Below, in pieces: positions 24,637 through 26,030 of a stretch of DNA of 26,030 nucleotides. The position numbers were made by a program, and so were the translations under genes. Position 1 is the stretch's first letter; each line of letters opens with the position of its first letter. The DNA comes from a virus (Duplodnaviria > Caudoviricetes). The notes below the pieces were generated by a model, which saw only the letters and a list, made by a program, of their open reading frames with translations, ran no database searches and was not told the origin of the DNA. The stretch spans positions 1 through 26,030 of the IMG/VR virus record IMGVR_UViG_3300029319_003723; one strand, written 5' to 3'.

Positions 24637-25037
24637 TCTTTCTTACGAAAGAACTTCTTTATTTGTTCAGGCATGGATTTCATTTTATCCTTGCCCATAT
24701 CTGTCAATGTATAGTAAAAGTTACCATCCTCTCCGATTAATTGGTCTACATATCCTTTATTCATGAGTTCCATAACGGCCTGCTGTATTCCATCCTGTAA
24801 TAATTGCATTTCTTTTTTAAGAAAACCTAATATCAAAGGTTCTTCATCAAGATCAAACTCAAATATGTCATAAGCTGTTTCGCTATACATCTTGGGGTCT
24901 TGATATGTATTTTTTTCTAATTCATTAACATAATCCAATGCTTTTTCAAGAGTTGAGCATACACTAACTGGTTCTACTGAAAAGTTAGTGAGAACTTTAC
25001 CCTCTGCTGTAATCGAAACGATAACATATACTTTCAT
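24633..25037 (-). CDS. Hypothetical protein, possible C-terminal winged helix
   Basis: ELMNKGYVDQ...YYTLTDMGK resembles a wHTH wing; its stop codon overlaps the start of the tmRNA acceptor piece. Confidence 0.65.
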   Translation of the reverse strand: MKVYVIVSITAEGKVLTNFSVEPVSVCSTLEKALDYVNELEKNTYQDPKMYSETAYDIFEFDLDEEPLILGFLKKEMQLLQDGIQQAVMELMNKGYVDQLIGEDGNFYYTLTDMGKDKMKSMPEQIKKFFRKKD

Positions 25038-25048
25038 GGTGATACACC

Positions 25049-25282
25049 TTAGCCAAGAAATTCTTCGTAATATCTTTTTAGTGTTTCGATTCGATCATCT
25101 GCATCTGCCAACTGAGACAAAGCCTCATTCAGATTATCGTGCAAGTCAGTTGTACTGTGATCTCCAATACCGGCTGGATGATTCAGAATAATCTTCAACG
25201 AGGTCAATGCCTGATAACGGTCTGTTTCAGCTTTGTTGCGAAGTGCATCCAAAGCGTCTGATCTAAAAGAACTGTAGCTCAT
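25049..25282 (-). CDS. Small helical phage hypothetical protein
   Basis: 77 aa with a PAGIGDH turn between two helices; GAGGAG RBS. Confidence 0.7.
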   Translation of the reverse strand: MSYSSFRSDALDALRNKAETDRYQALTSLKIILNHPAGIGDHSTTDLHDNLNEALSQLADADDRIETLKRYYEEFLG

Positions 25283-25614
25283 TTCTTCTCCTCATAAGGC
25301 CAAGTTTTAGCAAGTACATCCGTAACACCGTTGATCTCCACCAACCAACGCCCGTACTTGCCCTGTTTATGTGTTTTAATTGTTAAATAATGTTCTGGAT
25401 GACCAACTTCTGCACCCTTAACATCTGCGACTACAGCGATTAGTCTAGCACATTCGGCGGTCGCTTTTTTCCAGTCTGGATGTCCTCGCTCTGGCGTATC
25501 AACTCCCAGTAATCTGGTTCGTATATCCATATGCACACTAAAACCAAGATCCACCACAAAATCGACAGTATCTCCGTCCACAACCCGTTTGAGTTTAGCA
25601 CGATATTCATACAT
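25279..25614 (-). CDS. Thermonuclease (SNase)-like protein
   Basis: YRAKLKRVVDGDTVD..DLGF, RLLGVDTPE, GKYGRWL. Confidence 0.88.
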   Translation of the reverse strand: MYEYRAKLKRVVDGDTVDFVVDLGFSVHMDIRTRLLGVDTPERGHPDWKKATAECARLIAVVADVKGAEVGHPEHYLTIKTHKQGKYGRWLVEINGVTDVLAKTWPYEEKK

Positions 25615-26030
25615 TAGTCTCTCCCATTCTTAATTGCTTCTAGCGTAAACTTAAACGGTTCGCCTTCAATATTCTTAACCAAGTCCCACATCTGTTGTGC
25701 GATCTCACGAATCTCTTTCTGTGCGTGTTCACTATTTCTCAGTTGTATAAAATTAGCAAAGCTACGAATATTAAACATTATATCTGCCTGAATCTGTGAG
25801 TTGTAAGTCTTGAAGAATCGTGCCGACTCCTTTGCTCGCTTACGCCCCAATACTGGTTCAAGGTCTGCGATACATTGATGGTAAAGTTGATTACCCTCCT
25901 GAGTATAAAGAGAAAGTTTCCTTGCCCACTCATCAGACCAATCATCAGGAATATAATACTTATCTTCTTTTAACTCTTTATACCTAGCTGATTCAGCATT
26001 AAGGCTACTAATGCGATGTTTAAGAAGGTG
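25614..26030 (-). CDS. thyX: Flavin-dependent thymidylate synthase, 5' end outside the window
   Basis: Frame is open from the edge: HLLKHRISSLNAESARY (ThyX RHRxxSxxxxSxRY motif with K for the first R)...KESARFF...NIRSFANFIQLR..HAQKEIREIA. Confidence 0.92.
   Translation of the reverse strand, partial: HLLKHRISSLNAESARYKELKEDKYYIPDDWSDEWARKLSLYTQEGNQLYHQCIADLEPVLGRKRAKESARFFKTYNSQIQADIMFNIRSFANFIQLRNSEHAQKEIREIAQQMWDLVKNIEGEPFKFTLEAIKNGRD

Noticed and set aside
10-25191. All plus-strand ORFs in the track, and short alternative-frame minus ORFs (2784-3212, 10363-10545, 14021-14209, 14216-14473, 18838-19077, 19399-19590)
   Set aside because: They overlap well-supported minus-strand genes or structured RNAs and show no recognisable motifs; treated as shadow ORFs.
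25850-26030. Possible frameshift or truncation of thyX (track ORF only 78 aa)
   Set aside because: The frame is continuous from the window edge to the stop at 25614; the short ORF is an edge artefact.
1-26030. Alternative genetic code (stop-codon reassignment)
   Set aside because: Conserved genes are full length under the standard code, and TAA, TAG and TGA all occur as apparent true stops.

Overview
A 26-kb, gene-dense segment of a large dsDNA bacteriophage genome; every convincing gene is on the minus strand. It contains replication/recombination genes (DnaG-type primase, DnaB helicase, RecA/UvsX, SSB, two PD-(D/E)XK nucleases) and nucleotide-metabolism genes (nrdA, nrdB, thyX, dCMP deaminase, dNMP kinase, guaC, MazG-like). 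It also carries phoH, an FmdB-type Zn-ribbon protein, a sigma70-family factor, a GT4 glycosyltransferase and a membrane/lipoprotein cluster with a papain-like peptidase and a thioredoxin lipoprotein. Two edge-truncated genes are missing or incomplete in the ORF track: a Tat-signal DUF1501 gene (start 692) and thyX. DUF1501 and the tmRNA tag style suggest a Planctomycetota host (inference). The most striking items are (1) a circularly permuted, two-piece tmRNA gene (24400-24636, tag AEPCLALAA) wedged without spacers into an operon, (2) a 155-nt tRNA-shaped RNA with expanded D, anticodon and T regions inside a structured non-coding locus after ssb (22606-22883), and (3) a candidate protease-plus-disulfide-reductase lysis/envelope module (15184-18786). 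All calls come from motif recognition by eye; no searches were run.
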